A stretch of DNA of 64,000 bases from positions 100,502,001 to 100,566,000 of the forward strand of contig OX597818.1 in NCBI GenBank assembly GCA_951406725.2. The letters run 5' to 3'. Positions 12,429 to 25,487 of the stretch are shown here, in pieces. Below the pieces are notes generated by a model that had not been told where the DNA came from, ran no database searches, and saw only the letters and a list, made by a program, of their open reading frames with translations. This DNA comes from Octopus vulgaris (Eukaryota). The stretch's first letter is position 1. The number at the start of each line of letters is the position of its first letter. A program made the position numbers and the translations under genes.

Positions 12429-13595
12429 GAAAAATATGTTGTCTATTGACTTTATTAAGCATGCTAGCCACCGGTGACAAAATTTCTCTAAATTTTCTAC
12501 ATTTATTATTTTCACAATATATATATATATATATACATAGTTATATTAGGAACAGTAGGAATATATTATATATAGATGAAAACGTTCTGCATGTTATATG
12601 CAATATAGCATCTCATCAATATATTGCAGTAACACATACACACACAGGCACACACACTCTCTCACACACATGCACACACATATATACATATATATGTATG
12701 TATGTGTGTGTGTACATATATATGTATATATATATATATATATATATCTAGATACAAGACTTGGTGGGACTCGTTTGTACTCGTGTGTTAATGTGTAGGT
12801 GTGTATATATGCTTCTGCATGCTATACGAAATATAAAATATAAGAAGGGATTTTTTGCACGGATATAAATATATCTATATATGTAAAGATGCACCCTTTT
12901 ACACATTTGTGTTAGTATATATAGAAACTATATATGTGTATCGATGTGTGTGCATGTGTTTGCGAATGCATGTATAAGTGTGTTTATTTGTAGAAAACGA
13001 AGGATATAAAGGGGAATGAAAATTGCATCTTCACCCTTGAATGGAAAAAGATTATTATTATTTATTCAAACAATTTATGTAAAAAGTAGAATATTAATAC
13101 GAGTTTGGATCCTATATATACATATTTTGTTTCCATTTGTTGTTTAAACGCTTGTTATCAATGTACATCAAAGGAAGCAAATAAACATGTTATCAATGTT
13201 TACAAATGCCAAATATTTGTCTTTAGACAAGAAATTTAAATACAATGAATTTCGATCGCAATGCATATCAAAAATCATTTGAGCGAAATTTTAAAATTAC
13301 TCTTTTCAGTAAGGAATATATTTTACAACAGATCTCCAAATATTTAGCCTGCATTCAGAATATTACATTTCCCTAATAACAATTAGTAAAGTAAATTATA
13401 TTTATAAGCAAAATAAATAATATCGGAGGAACACTCATTTGCGGGCAAACACAATGGTTTAGAAAATGTATAATTTTTTGATTTGAGTGCTTAAGTTTTG
13501 TTTAACACTAATTATAGTTGCAAACATTTACGCGAATGCACAAACGTACAAACTCACGTAAGGGCGCTGCCAGGCACACAAATGGCCCCGCCCCA

Positions 13596-14192
13596 ATATA
13601 TATATATATATATACATACATATATATATATACATATATATATACATATATATATATACATATATATACATACATATATATATATATATACATACATATA
13701 TATATATACATACATATATATGTATACATACATATATATATATACACACATACATATATATACAGATATATATATACATATATAAACATACATATATACA
13801 CCTACATATATACATATATACATACATATATATATATATACATATATTTACATATATATATATACATATATTTACATATATATATATACATATATTTACA
13901 TATATATATACATATATTTACATAGATATATATACATATATTTACATACATATATATACATATATTTACATACATATATATATACATATATATATATACA
14001 TATTTACATATATATATATATACATATATACATACATATAATTACATATATACATATATATATACATATATTTACATATATATATATACATATATTTACA
14101 TATATATATATATATATATATACATACATACATATATTTACATATATATATACTTATATATACATACATATATTTACATATATATATATACG

Positions 14193-14290
<98 letters not shown>

Positions 14291-14321
14291 CATACATATA
14301 TATTCATACATATATACATAT

Positions 14322-14379
<58 letters not shown>

Positions 14380-14390
14380 ATAAATGTATA
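13596..14390. repeat. Long TA/TACA low-complexity array with a recurring about 20-24 bp TATTTACATATATATATACA unit
   Basis: Direct reading. Confidence 0.9.
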
Positions 14391-14539
14391 TATCGAACTC
14401 CTAAGCACACACACAAGTGCGGGCACACACACACATATATAGGATTTCCTTCTTTTAAATTCAGATGCTTCACTTTGCTTGGAACCTGAACGTAATTTAT
14501 TCAGAGGCAAAGATATTTGGAATGCAGTAAAACTTAGAA

Positions 14540-15100
14540 TGTGCATAAATTAACTTTTCCAACAATTGCTAATAGAATGCAAACTCTAGTGAGAAACATC
14601 GATAGAATAATATTGGAACTGACATGTACGTGCACTACAATAAAGGCAACTAGTTTCTACTACAATTAGGTAAGAGCGAACAATCGGTCAAAAATATAGG
14701 TAACGTTAAATACTCCCCACACACACTGTCAATGTGTACCAAAGGAATTGATTCGAGATTAACTTTGGGATGGATCCTCGAATTTTATAACATTAAAACA
14801 AATTTTGCTTAACTGATGGTATAATTAATTATTTAATAGAATTAGATCAAATTCGTGGTACAGATGGAACATTTTTCAGAATTAATAGTGAAATGAATAA
14901 ATTAAGTGTTGACGTTCTAAAAATTATACTTATGATTTTGTTTTTGACCTAAAATTACTGCAGTTGGTATTTATGAAGCACAAGTTATCTCAGCGAAAAT
15001 CTCACAAATGCAAAGTAAATATTGTGTCGAAATGATAGAGGATAAGCTTAAACATCGTTGCTGACATTTTAATTTGTTCTTCAAAAATGTCGGAAACAGT
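14540..15100 (+). mobile_element. Possible very old hAT (Buster/Charlie-like) transposase remnant
   Basis: Fragments LTFPTIANRMQTLVRNID, FLLQLGKSE (cf. FSLQLDESTD) and GTDG appear in the expected order; heavily degenerate. Confidence 0.35.
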
Positions 15101-15499
15101 ATAATTACATTATCCAACATTTGGGCACTGAATGTACGGCTTTCAACGTCAGATAGGAAATTTTTGAAAGATGTCAGTCATATAAAAACAGACGCAAACA
15201 TAAATACTCAGAGATGTTAACAACTCCACTGGCTATATAATTTTCATGTCAGAAAATTTCAAGAAGCCGAAGCTGTTACAAAAGTATTATTCAGCTAACT
15301 GGAAATACAAGCATGATAAATGGATATGCCATAGAGAAAGAAATATCCATGTTTCCTTTCATTACCACTTATAAAGCATCTTTCAACATAACTAACTCAA
15401 ATCTAGGCAAATATTACTATAAAATGGTCTGGTATTAAAATCGCATGATTTAAGATGTTATAGGCGTAGAAATGGCTGTGTGGTAAATAGCTCTCTTAC

Positions 15500-17554
15500 T
15501 TCACTACAGAAGAGTTTGCGTTTTTCTCACGCTGATTGGAAGTCACGTCGTTTGACGTGAAATACTGAAAAATTGAAGCGTGACAACAGGTAAGGCATTT
15601 GTTTTTTTTTGTGGGTAGCTTAGGGGTGTCTGTTGTTCTGTAATTAATAATTTTTGTTGATCAAGGGTCTCCACTTGGTTCCAGATAATTGCCTGCCTGT
15701 GATCGTGCAAAAATAATCCCTTTGTAGTGAGAATTGTGTGTTTTTTTTAGGGGGCGTATCACCTCCGAAAATTTATGATTTTATGTGCCTGTGTGCACTT
15801 CGTGGATTTTACCAACTGGAGTATAACCAGAATTTTACCATTTGGAGTATTTTACCATTTGGAGTATTTTACAATTTGGAGTATTTTACAATTAGGAGTA
15901 CAACCAGGAATTTTTTGCTACTATTTTTGTGCAGCAAGTGATTTTTAACTTTGCTACAAAGGATTGCCTGAGTTGAATTTTGTGGTCATTTGAACTTTCT
16001 TTCTTCGTTCTTTTTCTCTTGTCAGTCTTTCTGCTCTTTTTGTGTTTGCTTTAAAGACATTTTATATGAACATTTTTGATTTTGTTGTGGACATTTATAT
16101 TTTAGTTTATTTTATTAATGGCAACCAAAAGTAAGAAAGCCTTGGAGTGGCGAATTTTGCCCCCCAAGGAGTGGTTAGAAACTATGATGAGAGAATGGTG
16201 GTGTTGCGGACCTATTGCAAGATCCGCGACACCATCTGTGTATTCCCTCAGACTGAAATTGAAAAAGAGTTGGCGGGATTTGAGCCAACTTATTGGTTCA
16301 TCTGTAGGGGTGCAAAGTACGCAACGGTGTGCGTGCTTTTCGACACCCCTATGGAGGCTCAGAAAATTGCGAGCCACCTTATAGATGGGTGGAAGATTTT
16401 GTTTCTCCCCACTTATGGTGGGCGTAAATTGACAAGAGCCTGAGCGTGTGAGATCTCCTCCGGTATAGAGGCTGAATGGATAGAAGATTCTATCCGTCGA
16501 GGCCTGGGTGGTGGCCTTGTCAGGCTCTTGATTGTAAAAATACTGCCTGCGGCCGATTGGATCGGGTCAAAAGCAATTTTGACCCTATGGGCCCAATCAG
16601 CCGAAGATCTGGCTTTACCAGATTTCTTGACAATGGCCGGTTCCTGGACAATTTCTTGACAATTGCCGGTGATCATTGAGGGACCCCTACCACAAATGTC
16701 ACCTGTGCCTGGAAACAGGTCTCATGAAGAAGAAATGTTGCCGGATCAAGCGAAGGTCCTGGAACAGTTGATTGATGTCTGTAAACACCATGTTCCCTCA
16801 AAGGAGCCTCCTGCTCTTTCATTGGAAGGTGATAGGGAGAAAGTTAAGGAGGAGGTAACCTCCACGAGAAATGGTACTAAGAGAAAGAAGGTGGGCAAAA
16901 ATGGTTGACCACCGATGGAACATGAGGTGGCGGGAGGGTTGAAGGAACCTCCGGACCATTCGGAGGAAATCCACCATCCCGTCGCAAAGGAGAAAAATAA
17001 AGGAGAAGAAGAAAAAAGAAAAAATTGTATTTCTCTATCGCCGGGGAGGGGCGATTGAGGAATATGTGGAAAATAATTTTGATAGTCGGGTTCTGATGGA
17101 TCCGATGTTTATTGACAGTCCAGAGTGGCCTTCGCAGGTAGCTGCACTGGTAATGGAAAGAAAATATCTTTTCTACAGGTTAAGATTCTTCCCAAAGGAG
17201 GAATATAGATTATTTTTTTTGCTCCGATTGTTGGTTGCTGGAATACCTGCATGGTGTAAAAGCGTTAATTGAGGGAGTAATGCAAGAAGTTTACCGCCTC
17301 CTTATGTATAAAATGTTTTCCTTCGTGATGGACTGCTAGTCCAATCTTTTCTATATATTTGTAACAGGTTTAATAACTCTATATATGTTGTTTTTCACGA
17401 ACAAATTTTTAGAGAAGCAGAGGGTCGGCGGGCGCTTTCTCTCTTCTCCCATTCTTATCATCTTGTATTATTATCATTCGCCTTATCAATGTCTTGTCCA
17501 GCCCGCAAAGCTACAGATCTGTGTACTGCCTTTATGGCAAATGATACAAAATAA
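15500..17554 (+). mobile_element. ORF1-only non-LTR element (L1/Tx1 ORF1-like, half-L1-like), decayed
   Basis: About 620-bp 5' UTR, then a frameshifted ORF from ATG 16118 (MATKSKK..YDERMVVLRTY..FLPTYGGRKLT..LPVIIEGP..KCHLCLETGLMKKKC, a CCHC-like knuckle) with a basic/acidic tail. No endonuclease or RT. T-rich 3' UTR ends in AATAAAA. Degenerate 15-bp TSD (12/15 identical) at 15485-15499 and 17555-17569. Confidence 0.7.
15833..15900 (+). repeat. 4 x 17-bp minisatellite TTTTAC(C/A)ATT(T/A)GGAGTA in the element 5' UTR
   Basis: Direct reading. Confidence 0.9.
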
Positions 17555-17693
17555 AAGTAGCTTGCTTACGAACCACATGGTTCCGCGTTTCGTTCGACTG
17601 CTTGACACGCCGGGCAGGTGTCTTCTACTATAGCCTCAGACCGACCAAAATCTTGTGAGTGGAATTGATAGGCGGAAACTGAAAGAAGCCCAT

Positions 17694-17746
<53 letters not shown>

Positions 17747-17748
17747 TG

Positions 17749-17789
<41 letters not shown>

Positions 17790-18917
17790 TGTGGCTGTGT
17801 TTGTTCCCCCAACATCGCTTGACAACCGATGCTGGTGTGGTTCCGTCCACGTAACTTAGCGGTTCGGCAAAATAGTCCAATAGAATAAGTACTATGCTTA
17901 GAAAGAAAAAAGTCCTGGGGTCGATTTGCTCGACTAAAGGTGGTGCTCCAGCATGGCCATGGTCAAATGACTGAAAGAAGTAAGAGAGTAAAAGAGTATA
18001 CCTATACACAAAAAACTGCTTCAAATTTTGGTAGAGAACCAGCATTTTGGAGGGAGAGATGTAATCTATTTCATGAACTCCAGTACTTTATACTTATATT
18101 GTTCACTAAGGATCAAAAGTAATGCCATTCTCGGTGAAATTCGAACTTAAAAAGTAGAAACTGAATTCTACTAAGAAATTTGTTCTATGTTCTAAAGTTT
18201 GTATCAGCTTGCCCCTTAACGCATTAGCTATTCATAAATTAATTACTCCATCGTCCAATAACTGTTCCAATTAAGGGCGAAATCCTCTTTGAATAAATAT
18301 CTATATATTCAGTAAACCATACAAAAATCACTTACAAATGCACCGATACCGCATTCAGTAATGTTTGGATGAGAATTTTCTATAAGTGGTAAAATTGCTT
18401 GAATAGAATGCATTTCCCCAAATCATAGAAGTATTACAGGTGCTACAGATATTACAGGCATCCATATATACATACACTTGGTACATACACTGATAGGCAT
18501 ATACACACACATGCACACAGAAATATACATATATATATATATATGTATGTGTGTATTTGTCTGTCTGAATGTGTTTATATGTGTGTGTATACATTTGTGT
18601 ATTTATATACTTAAATACATAAAATATGTATTTAAGTATATTTAAGTAGGCGCATTAGATATGATAAAAAATATTCAGACAAATACATAACAAAATCACC
18701 AGGACTTACAAATATATATAACATACAGAAAATTGTACTACTGGGCGGTGCACATATCCTACGAAAAACACTTTCAATACAGTAACCATAAGAGAATCAC
18801 AGCAAACCATAGCATATATCCAAGGCATACAGAGTTGCTCGGTAGTGACGAGAAAGCTCGCTATAAAAATAAAACTACTGGATGATGATGATGATGATGA
18901 TAATCATGATAATAATA

Positions 18918-19017
18918 NNNNNNNNNNNNNNNNNNNNNNNNNNNNNNNNNNNNNNNNNNNNNNNNNNNNNNNNNNNNNNNNNNNNNNNNNNNNNNNNNNN
19001 NNNNNNNNNNNNNNNNN
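18918..19017. other. Assembly gap (100 N)
   Basis: Run of N; contiguity across it is not guaranteed. Confidence 1.
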
Positions 19018-19082
19018 TTCCTTGTATTGACTCACAAAACACATTCCTGTACGTATATTCAATAAATTCTAGGCGTATATAC

Positions 19083-19316
19083 AAGGCGGCGAGCTGGCAG
19101 AAACGTTAGCACGCCGGGCGAAATGCGTAGCCGTATTTCGTCTGCCGTTACGCTCTGAGTTCAAATTCCGCCGAGGTCGACTTTGCCTTTCATCCTTTCG
19201 GGGTCGAATTATTTAAGCACCAGTTACGCACTGGAGTCGATGTAATCGACTTAATCCGTTTGTCTGTCCTTGTTTATCCCCTCTGTGTTTAGCCCCTCGT
19301 GGGTAGTAAAGAAATA
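19083..19316 (+). mobile_element. SINE family B, monomer
   Basis: GGCGGCGAGCTGGCAGAAACGTTAGCACGCCGGG..GAGTTCAAATTCCGCCGAGGTCGACTTTGCCTTTCATCC..GTGGGTAGTAAAGAAATA. Confidence 0.92.
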
Positions 19317-19673
19317 TATATTCAATAAACCACATGCATTCAGGAATAATCAGAATTACATACACATATACTTATGTTTATATTCATAAAAGGTATGTAG
19401 GTAAATGAGAAGGGATGTGTGTAGAACGCTTTAGTGTATAATGTAACGCGAAAGTGAAACTAGCTATTATACTGCAAGCCGTATAAAGCAATTTCAATTC
19501 TTTTTATTAAAGACTTTCTCGGTGATTTCAAATGTCTTTCGTTATGTTCACATTATCAGCCGCTCAAGTTTCTCAAGAGATATATGTGAAACTCGGTATG
19601 AACAGTTAAATATTACCTGGAGTGAAATATATCCACTGACATATATATATATAAATATTTAGCACCAAATATG

Positions 19674-19837
19674 GGTGAAAGAGTACAGCAGGGATCACCA
19701 CCATCCCCTGCCGGAGCCTCGTGGAGCTTTTAGGTGTTTTCGCTCAATAAACACACACAACGCCCGGTCTGGGAATCGAAACCGCGATCCTCCAACCGCA
19801 AGTCCGCTGCCCTAACCACTGGGCCATTGCGCCTCCA
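19674..19837 (-). mobile_element. tRNA-derived SINE family C, 3'-truncated, with 27-bp TSD
   Basis: Reverse strand GGAGGCGCAATGGCCCAGTGGTTAGGGC..GGTTTCGATTCCC (A and B boxes). TSD ATATATAAATATTTAGCA(C/T)CAAATATG at 19647-19673 and 19838-19864. Confidence 0.88.
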
Positions 19838-20059
19838 ATATATAAATATTTAGCATCAAATATGCTAAACATTGACGCCAAATCGTCATCACCTCGAAGA
19901 GTGTGTTCTCAAGAAATATATCCGCTGTTCTACTTTGGTTGATGTTAGTGTCAGCCACGCTATTTGTTCACTATAGTTTTTTCCCGCCCTCTTTTGTCTG
20001 GGTAAATATATTCAGTCGAGTAAAGAAACGTGTTTACAGAGAATCCTCAACAGACCATA

Positions 20060-20930
20060 GTCATTGATGATGATGACAAAGTTGAAGGGTAACCCAGGGC
20101 GATATGGAAACTCGGACCATGCTTCTTGAGGATGAAGAGAAAGTGGAAGTTGATGTTCGCATTGTAGAGAGCAATGTGGAAGAGAAGAAAGACGATACTG
20201 AAATGAAAGAGGAATAGGATGACAGTACATTTAATTTCAGACGTCCATACCCCTATCTGTAGATAATTCATAAATTAAAGCTGGAGGACATCACGGTTGC
20301 TATGTCCGAGTCGTCTGATTACAAGGATGGCTCCTGTTCGACCATCTGATATATTAGAAATCTGGTGTTAGGAAAGGGGTCATGCGGATGAAGTTTCCTT
20401 CTGAAGAAGCTGCTGAGGTTGTGTTTAACACGCCCATAAAAATCAATGGGAAGACCTTCGAATATGAACCTACTATTGAGGGTAACGATGGCAAAGCTAA
20501 AGATGGTAAAGGGAACAAGAACGACTATTCCCTCTATGTCAACAACATTCCCCAAGGAGTCACAGTGAAGGAGGTGCAGGCGTTGTTCCCGCAAGCCCGG
20601 AATGTGGTGATCCCCCATAATGAGGAAGACCAGTATCAGGGATATGCGCTTTTGGAGTGCCATTCTTACCAAGAAGCTGAGACTACGCTTGACGAGAGTA
20701 AGGAGCTGAAACTTAAGGAAAACGTCTTGACATGTGACCTGATTTTTCACTCCTCTAAAGAGGGTGATAAAGAATCGAAGAAGCAACAGAACAATCAGCA
20801 AAATATAAAGGGATGCTTTTCAAGCAGTCAGAATAACTGTAACCACCAGAGAACACACTCTTCGTGGTAATGGCGATTTGACGGGTATGTTTAGCATATT
20901 AGGTGTCCATTTTAGTGGTCATTCCTCTTA
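20060..20930 (+). pseudogene. Intronless nucleolin-like RRM-protein pseudogene (acidic N-terminus, two RRMs)
   Basis: ORF 20382-20870 has RNP2 LYVNNIP and RNP1 QGYALLEC. An upstream RRM end GVRKGVMRMKFPSEEAA and an Asp/Glu-rich stretch are broken by stops and frameshifts. GC is higher than in the flanks. Confidence 0.75.
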
Positions 20931-21947
20931 ATTTTGTATGTAACAAAACTTTTATTCTTCGAATTCTTTAAATATGCTAAGCCATTGGTATTAATTGATT
21001 AATATCAATTTATACCCTTATTATTTAATTATATATATATACATATAATTTCTCTTCTGAAAAATGGATCTCGAAGATCCTGAAGTTATACATTGTAGGA
21101 TGTAATAAATATTGAAAGGAGGGGTGCCTGTGAAATCTGAACAGACATCTTCTGTTCACATGGTGGGAATACCTCATGTATGAGAAAATGTTTAAATTAA
21201 AGATATTGAATGCAATGCCGAGTATTTTATGGTAAGAAACATACCAATAACTGTCGTTTATGGTTTATGGTTTTATCGGTGCTGCACTTCAGTACCAAAC
21301 AACGCTGGTGAGATTATGAATGTCATTCTGTAGGAACTGTTTCGTTTGACAAATACACACACACATACAATCGTGCGCATGCTCGCACGCACACAGACAC
21401 AGACACACACATACACACACACACATATATATATATATATGCATGTATATATGAACGAATATGTATTTATTTACACACTGTCACACACGCGTAGACACTG
21501 ACCCCCAACCTCATATATATGCATACATAGATATGTATATCTATGCATCTATGTGTGTATATGATGATTATATCACTGATAAATAAAAGCATTTGATGCA
21601 GTAGAGTAATGTCAGAGATCATTTCGTATATGGACGACGAAGTCCTTTGAATCGAAACAGTCGGCCTCAGCACAAACATTAAATAAATTGAATATCACGT
21701 GATATGTCTGCAGTAAGTGAAAGTCATGATTTTATCATCTCAGACTTATTTTACCTTTCATTATTGTATCAGGTATCTTACCAAGCAACTATCACTGCCT
21801 TATGTATGAAACCATTTTACATATTATTGAATATTAATTATTTGAATATTACATACTCAACGCATGTTGGATTCCAAGTTTTGCAGCTTAGATGAAAATG
21901 ACTTATAACACACTTTTCAATTATTCGAAAACATGCCAGGCAATTAT

Positions 21948-22148
21948 TTCTATGGCGTATGTGTTCCCCAGCTGGACGAGACGCCAGTCCACCGCAGCAT
22001 TACTCATTTTTGCCAGCTGAGCGGACTGGAACAACATGAAATGAAGTGTTTTGCTCAAGAACACAACGCGTCACCCGGTCGAGGAATCGAAACCACAATT
22101 TTACGATCATGGCGCTGACACCCTAACCACTAAGCCACGCGCCTCCAC
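21948..22148 (-). mobile_element. tRNA-derived CORE SINE (family D head)
   Basis: Reverse strand GTGGAGGCGCGTGGCTTAGTGGTTAGGG..GGTTTCGATTCC..GTGTTCTTGAGCAAAACACTT..GGACTGGCGTCTCGTCCAG. Confidence 0.85.
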
Positions 22149-22752
22149 GGTTATATATTATATATACATTGATTTGTTTTGGTTATATATTAGAAATCTT
22201 GGATCTGATTTGAGCTACACTGGTGGTTGGACCGTGATTCTGGAGAGCCAGGCTTTTGAGATTAGTGGAATCACGTTGTGATTCTATATATCAGCTCTAA
22301 TTTGGGCGCGAGTAGTAGCTATGTCAGATCACTGTCTCAAGTATGGATTAAATAACATGTACCAACATTTTCTTGTGGAGTTTGGAGTCATAGTATGCAG
22401 TATGGTGTATGTGAAATATTTCGGAATATCACTACTCTGAGTCCGACCAATGGCTATAAGAGTGCAGTATCGCAACTATGGGACCTTATTGAATAAATGG
22501 TGAATATCACTAGAGATTGTGTGAAAGAAAAGACAACAAACTACCAAGGGCCCGGGATTAACCTGTTCGGTTAGTGAACTATTGCTATAATCTGTAGTCT
22601 TGACATACCCAAATGAGATATTTCAGCTAGTGGTTGACTAATATAATTTAATAGTCATGGCAGTTTGTTTGACTCGGATCGGATCAGAAATATCGAACGC
22701 AAAATTTGAAATACTCGTTTTATTGTGGCGTGCTGTGTATGACATCAATATA

Positions 22753-23704
22753 CAAGGGTTGCACAAAATAATGGAAACACCTTAAAATTTCAAACAAATT
22801 TATTTTAATATGGGATAGGACCGTCTTTGACACTAATTACAGCTTGAATTCTTAGAGGTATGGCCACGCACACAGTTTGAATTGCTTCCAAATGAATGTT
22901 GTCCATTCTTCAGCTAAAACAGTCTCCAGTTATTGAAGTGATTTCCAACATATAGACACAGATCCTCCTCCATGTTTAACAGTTAGGAAAAGGCAGTCTG
23001 GGTCAAATGCTCCTTTTGGCTGTCACCACACTTATACTCGGCCAGTAGTCGGAAATAAGGTAAAGGATGACTCGTCCGGGAAAATAACGTTCTTCCACTG
23101 CTCTAGATACAAATTCTGTAGGTTTTTACGTCTCTCTAAACGCTCTGCAACGTTTGTTTTTAAAAGTATTGGTTTTCTGATTACTGCCATACCATGAAAT
23201 CCAGTTGTGTGCAGCTCCCCGCGAACAGTTTTTGTGTGGAAATTCGGTTCTTAAGGTGGTCATTAAGCTCTACAGTAATTTTGGGGGGTTGTACGTTTTT
23301 GAACCTTTCTAACAATTCGCGTAAGTATCCAAAGGTCTCTATCTGAAAGTTTTGGTTTTCTTCCAGAGTTTTGTTTCGATGAGGAGGTTTTTCCCTCTTT
23401 CTGAAAGGCTGTCATTAATTTCGAAACTTTTCTTCTTGATAATCAAGCATTTTTGCTGTTTTCGTTATGCTAGTGCTGGCTATACGAGCACCAACAATTT
23501 GACCTCTTTGAAAGTTCGATAGATCTTTCATTTTAATAAATTTTAATTACCTTTTTCTGATGATATCATGAAAGTAACAGCAATTTTAGCAAAACATATT
23601 AAGCAGTACTAATAATAAATGAAAAAGCATAACAATAAACAAGCTTTTGACGGTTGTATAGATATTTCAAAATTATAATACTATGAAGCTTGGTGTTTCC
23701 ATTG
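22753..23704 (-). mobile_element. Tc1/mariner transposon, internally deleted, transposase pseudogene
   Basis: From ATG at 23531: MKDLSNFQRGQIVGAR..WKNVIFPDESSFTLF..TVKHGGGSV..[deletion]..RIQAVISVKDGPIPY*. Left end TA-CAAGGGTTGCACAAAATAATGGAAACACC; partial right TIR GGTGTTTCCATT at 23692-23703. Confidence 0.9.
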
Positions 23705-24947
23705 TATAGTGTGACGTATATTGGTGATTTTCCCGGTCATTCGAAAATAAAATAAAATGTAAGCAACATAGAATGAATGATAGTGAGGGAGAGACAGAGA
23801 GACAGAGAGACAGAGAGAAGAAGGATGAAATTTTGGTGCTGTGACTATAGTTTAAGTTTATAACAATGAGATTGAAACGAATGTGTAATGTTGGTATATG
23901 ATGGAGTACAAAAATGGAATTCGTTTCCTATAATCTGTCACTTATTTCGGCATATTCCGTTTTAACATGTTATATAATGCATAATCGAGAAGAAAAACCT
24001 ATTAGACGATCGATGTTTCAAGTCAAATCACTTGGTGAACCAATCGTTTTATCGAAACGCTTTTGAACCCAGCCTGAATGAATACATTTGATTTTCATTG
24101 AGTTATTATAACTGTGTGTAAGAATGTAGTGGACGATATTATTCTAGATGTCTTTATTTTATTTTGTTGTACGATTATTATTAATCCCAATACATGAAAG
24201 ACAACCGACCACCCACACATGAAACCACACGCGCACACACACACATATACGTATGTGTGTGTGTGTGTATTAGAGAGTGCGTGCGTGCGTGTACATGATC
24301 TGCTGCCTTCCTTTATCTCTCAATGTGTACCTGTATGAATTGCATTTATAGTTAGTTTTTGATTGAAATGAAATCCTCCCAGTAATGGTAAAAACGCACC
24401 AAGTTATTCACTGCGGAGAAGAAAATGTGTATGAACAGTGATATAAGCGCACTTCTGAACCACATCTAAATACGGTATTTGAATCTAAAACTGCCTTCGT
24501 CTATACATTCACCACCGAATTGAGCTCTTTATACAAAAGCTCAAAACACGTCTTGATTTTATATTCAATCACTCTTCCATTATTGTGAAACCTTTCAAGT
24601 ATTTTTATGTTTATTTCTCTATTAATTCATGATTTTTTCCAGTTCTTCTAGATATTAAAGTTGCTTTCCATAAACATATTTGAAAAAAAAATTATCAGAA
24701 TATATAACTAAAATGAAAAAAGCTCGATATTAATAATAAATAATATAGATATTGGCCATGATGGTGCTGTTAATAGACTTGATAATAATGATGCTGGAAA
24801 TAATAAGATGCAAGTCACAAAGTAGAGTAGTTGTCGACAACAACAGCACCAACAATGATAACAAGAATAAAATAAAAAGCTTCCGTAGACGTAACAAAAA
24901 GAAGAATATTAATGCTGATAATAATGATGATGATGATGAAGATGGTC

Positions 24948-24989
<42 letters not shown>

Positions 24990-25176
24990 GAAGTAGTGAT
25001 GACGATGATAATAGTAGAAAAAATTATTTCCAACATTATTAACATTAAAGTGTAACTATCACAAAATTGGTCAGTAGTGTTAGCTTTCGAAAAATATATA
25101 TAAAAGAGAGTATATATAGATACATAAATGTGTCTTAGTGTGCGTGAGTGCGTACATATATATACATATACATATA

Positions 25177-25220
<44 letters not shown>

Positions 25221-25417
25221 TATATGTATATATGTATATATATATATATATGTTTACAACCTCCCCACATATATATAGATGTACATACATATATACATAT
25301 TTAGTTATATATATAGATATATGCACAAATATATATACATGTATAAACATATATGTAAGTGTGTGTGTGTGTGTATGTATATAGATATGCATATATATAT
25401 GTGTGTGTATGTGCCTA

Positions 25418-25487
<70 letters not shown>

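Larger units (their letters stand above)
15461..17998 (+). mobile_element. SINE family A split by a 2.05-kb insertion (pieces 15461-15499 and 17555-17998)
   Basis: Head TAGGCGTAGAAATGGCTGTGTGGTAAATAGCTCTCTTAC stops at 15499. It resumes as AAGTAGCTTGCTTACGAACCACATGG at 17555 and runs to the normal tail. Confidence 0.88.

Noticed and set aside
15833-15900. Regular short repeats resembling a CRISPR array (also 31016-31154)
   Set aside because: Head-to-tail tandem units without unique spacers, eukaryotic context, no cas genes.
20319-20801. 160-aa minus-strand ORF
   Set aside because: Antisense shadow of the RRM frame.
21055-21102. CTGAAAA-T-GGATCT(cga)AGATCC-T-GAAG, hammerhead-like with a good stem II
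   Set aside because: G8 and A15.1 are altered and there is no valid NUH with stem I; degenerate.
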